Below are positions 63,294 to 64,000 of a stretch of DNA of 64,000 nt, in pieces (position 1 is the stretch's first letter; each line of letters starts with the position of its first letter). The notes below the pieces were generated by a model that had not been told where the DNA came from, did not search any database, and saw nothing but the letters and a program-made list of their open reading frames with translations. This DNA is from a virus (Duplodnaviria > Caudoviricetes), in IMG/VR virus record IMGVR_UViG_3300025316_001101, one strand, 5' to 3'. The position numbers and the translations under genes are program-made.

Positions 63294-63580
63294 TGCTTCT
63301 CTGGGCAGGTAGATAAAGCTTTAGTAATGCCGTCAACCTTGTGCGACAACCATTCTTGAAGACCATCCGTATTACCCTTCAAGTTGCCGGGCACCCTCAA
63401 AATTACTGGAATGTCGTCCCCGTCATTAACTAATAAAGTCAGATGCTTAGTGATTAGTCTACGCAACAACTCTGAAACCGACCAGCCCATTTTCTTGGCG
63501 GCATTTTCCAGCATATCCTTCATCTCTGGCTCGACCGAAATGCTCATTACTTTATATTTTACATTTGACATATGATTCAT
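63290..63580 (-). CDS. Ribbon-helix-helix (CopG-like) regulator
   Basis: VMSISVEPEM...LENAAKKMGWSVSELLR. Confidence 0.7.
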   Translation of the reverse strand: MNHMSNVKYKVMSISVEPEMKDMLENAAKKMGWSVSELLRRLITKHLTLLVNDGDDIPVILRVPGNLKGNTDGLQEWLSHKVDGITKALSTCPEKQ

Positions 63581-63582
63581 CC

Positions 63583-63831
63583 TTACTCTTTGTTATAGGG
63601 TTTGCTGTACATCTCTTTCCGCTTTTTAATCCCGGCTTCTTTCTGCTTGCGACGACGCTTTTCACTATTGCTCTCATGGCGAGACTTAACCTTGTATTCC
63701 GTTAAAATACCGTAATCGTCTACCTTTCTTTTGAAAATACTCTTCAACACCTTGAAGCGATCATCCTCAGTTCGAAAATACTTTCCACCAAGATCTTTTT
63801 CATCTACTCTGGCACGCACTTTATGAGCCAT
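63583..63831 (-). CDS. rpsU: Ribosomal protein bS21
   Basis: LKSIFKRKV...GILTEYK...HESNSEKRRRK. Confidence 0.75.
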   Translation of the reverse strand: MAHKVRARVDEKDLGGKYFRTEDDRFKVLKSIFKRKVDDYGILTEYKVKSRHESNSEKRRRKQKEAGIKKRKEMYSKPYNKE

Positions 63832-63842
63832 TACATATTCTC

Positions 63843-64000
63843 CTAATCCCGTTCTATTTTTATGAATTTTGTGCCAATGCGTTGTACTTTTCTTTTTTTA
63901 ACATCGGCATAAGGCATTATTTTATTAAATTCTACTGTGGACGGCAAGCGATCCCGATCTGTGTCCCTTACCAACGCACGGCACTTTGCTATTATATTAT
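63843..64000 (-). CDS. Partial ORF (C-terminus only)
   Basis: Open frame from window edge ending ...KFIKIERD*. Confidence 0.4.
   Translation of the reverse strand, partial: NIIAKCRALVRDTDRDRLPSTVEFNKIMPYADVKKRKVQRIGTKFIKIERD

Noticed and set aside
1-64000. Stop-codon reassignment
   Set aside because: Known genes (ligA, dnaJ, infC, rsr) are intact under the standard code and no CTA, TTA or TCA suppressor tRNA was found

Overview
64-kb segment of a large (jumbo-type) tailed bacteriophage. Evidence: dense short ORFs with strand switches, virion/tail-like genes at 4.2-15.7 kb, T4-style TAAATA late-promoter motifs, N-terminal M-x-F-x-x-[FW]-L-x-E capsid-targeting-like peptides, PhoH, dCMP deaminase, NAD-dependent DNA ligase and HNH nucleases. 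A Planctomycetota host is inferred (not proven) from the look of CsrA, a PcfJ-domain protein and a bL12-like peptide. The window is dominated by translation and RNA-repair functions: about 23 tRNA or tRNA-like genes in two minus-strand clusters, Ro60 (TROVE) followed by nine Y-RNA-like units, an Rnl1-like RNA ligase, two 2H phosphoesterases, IF3, bS21, peptide deformylase and CsrA. Main discovery: each tRNA cluster is preceded by a short leader peptide with a terminator/antiterminator. The leader codons match, at isoacceptor level, the anticodons of the tRNAs downstream (leader 1: AAG, CAA, CAG, CGG, AAT; leader 2: AAA, ATT, CAY, GGT, TGG, AGA). This suggests ribosome-stalling attenuators that switch on phage tRNAs when the matching host tRNAs are depleted. 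The clusters also hold non-canonical tRNAs: a circularly permuted tRNA-Asn, a tRNA-Asn carrying a Y-RNA module, a tRNA-fMet with a 21-nt anticodon insertion, and long-variable-arm Asn, Trp and Lys tRNAs. All calls are by eye from the sequence; no database search or folding program was run.
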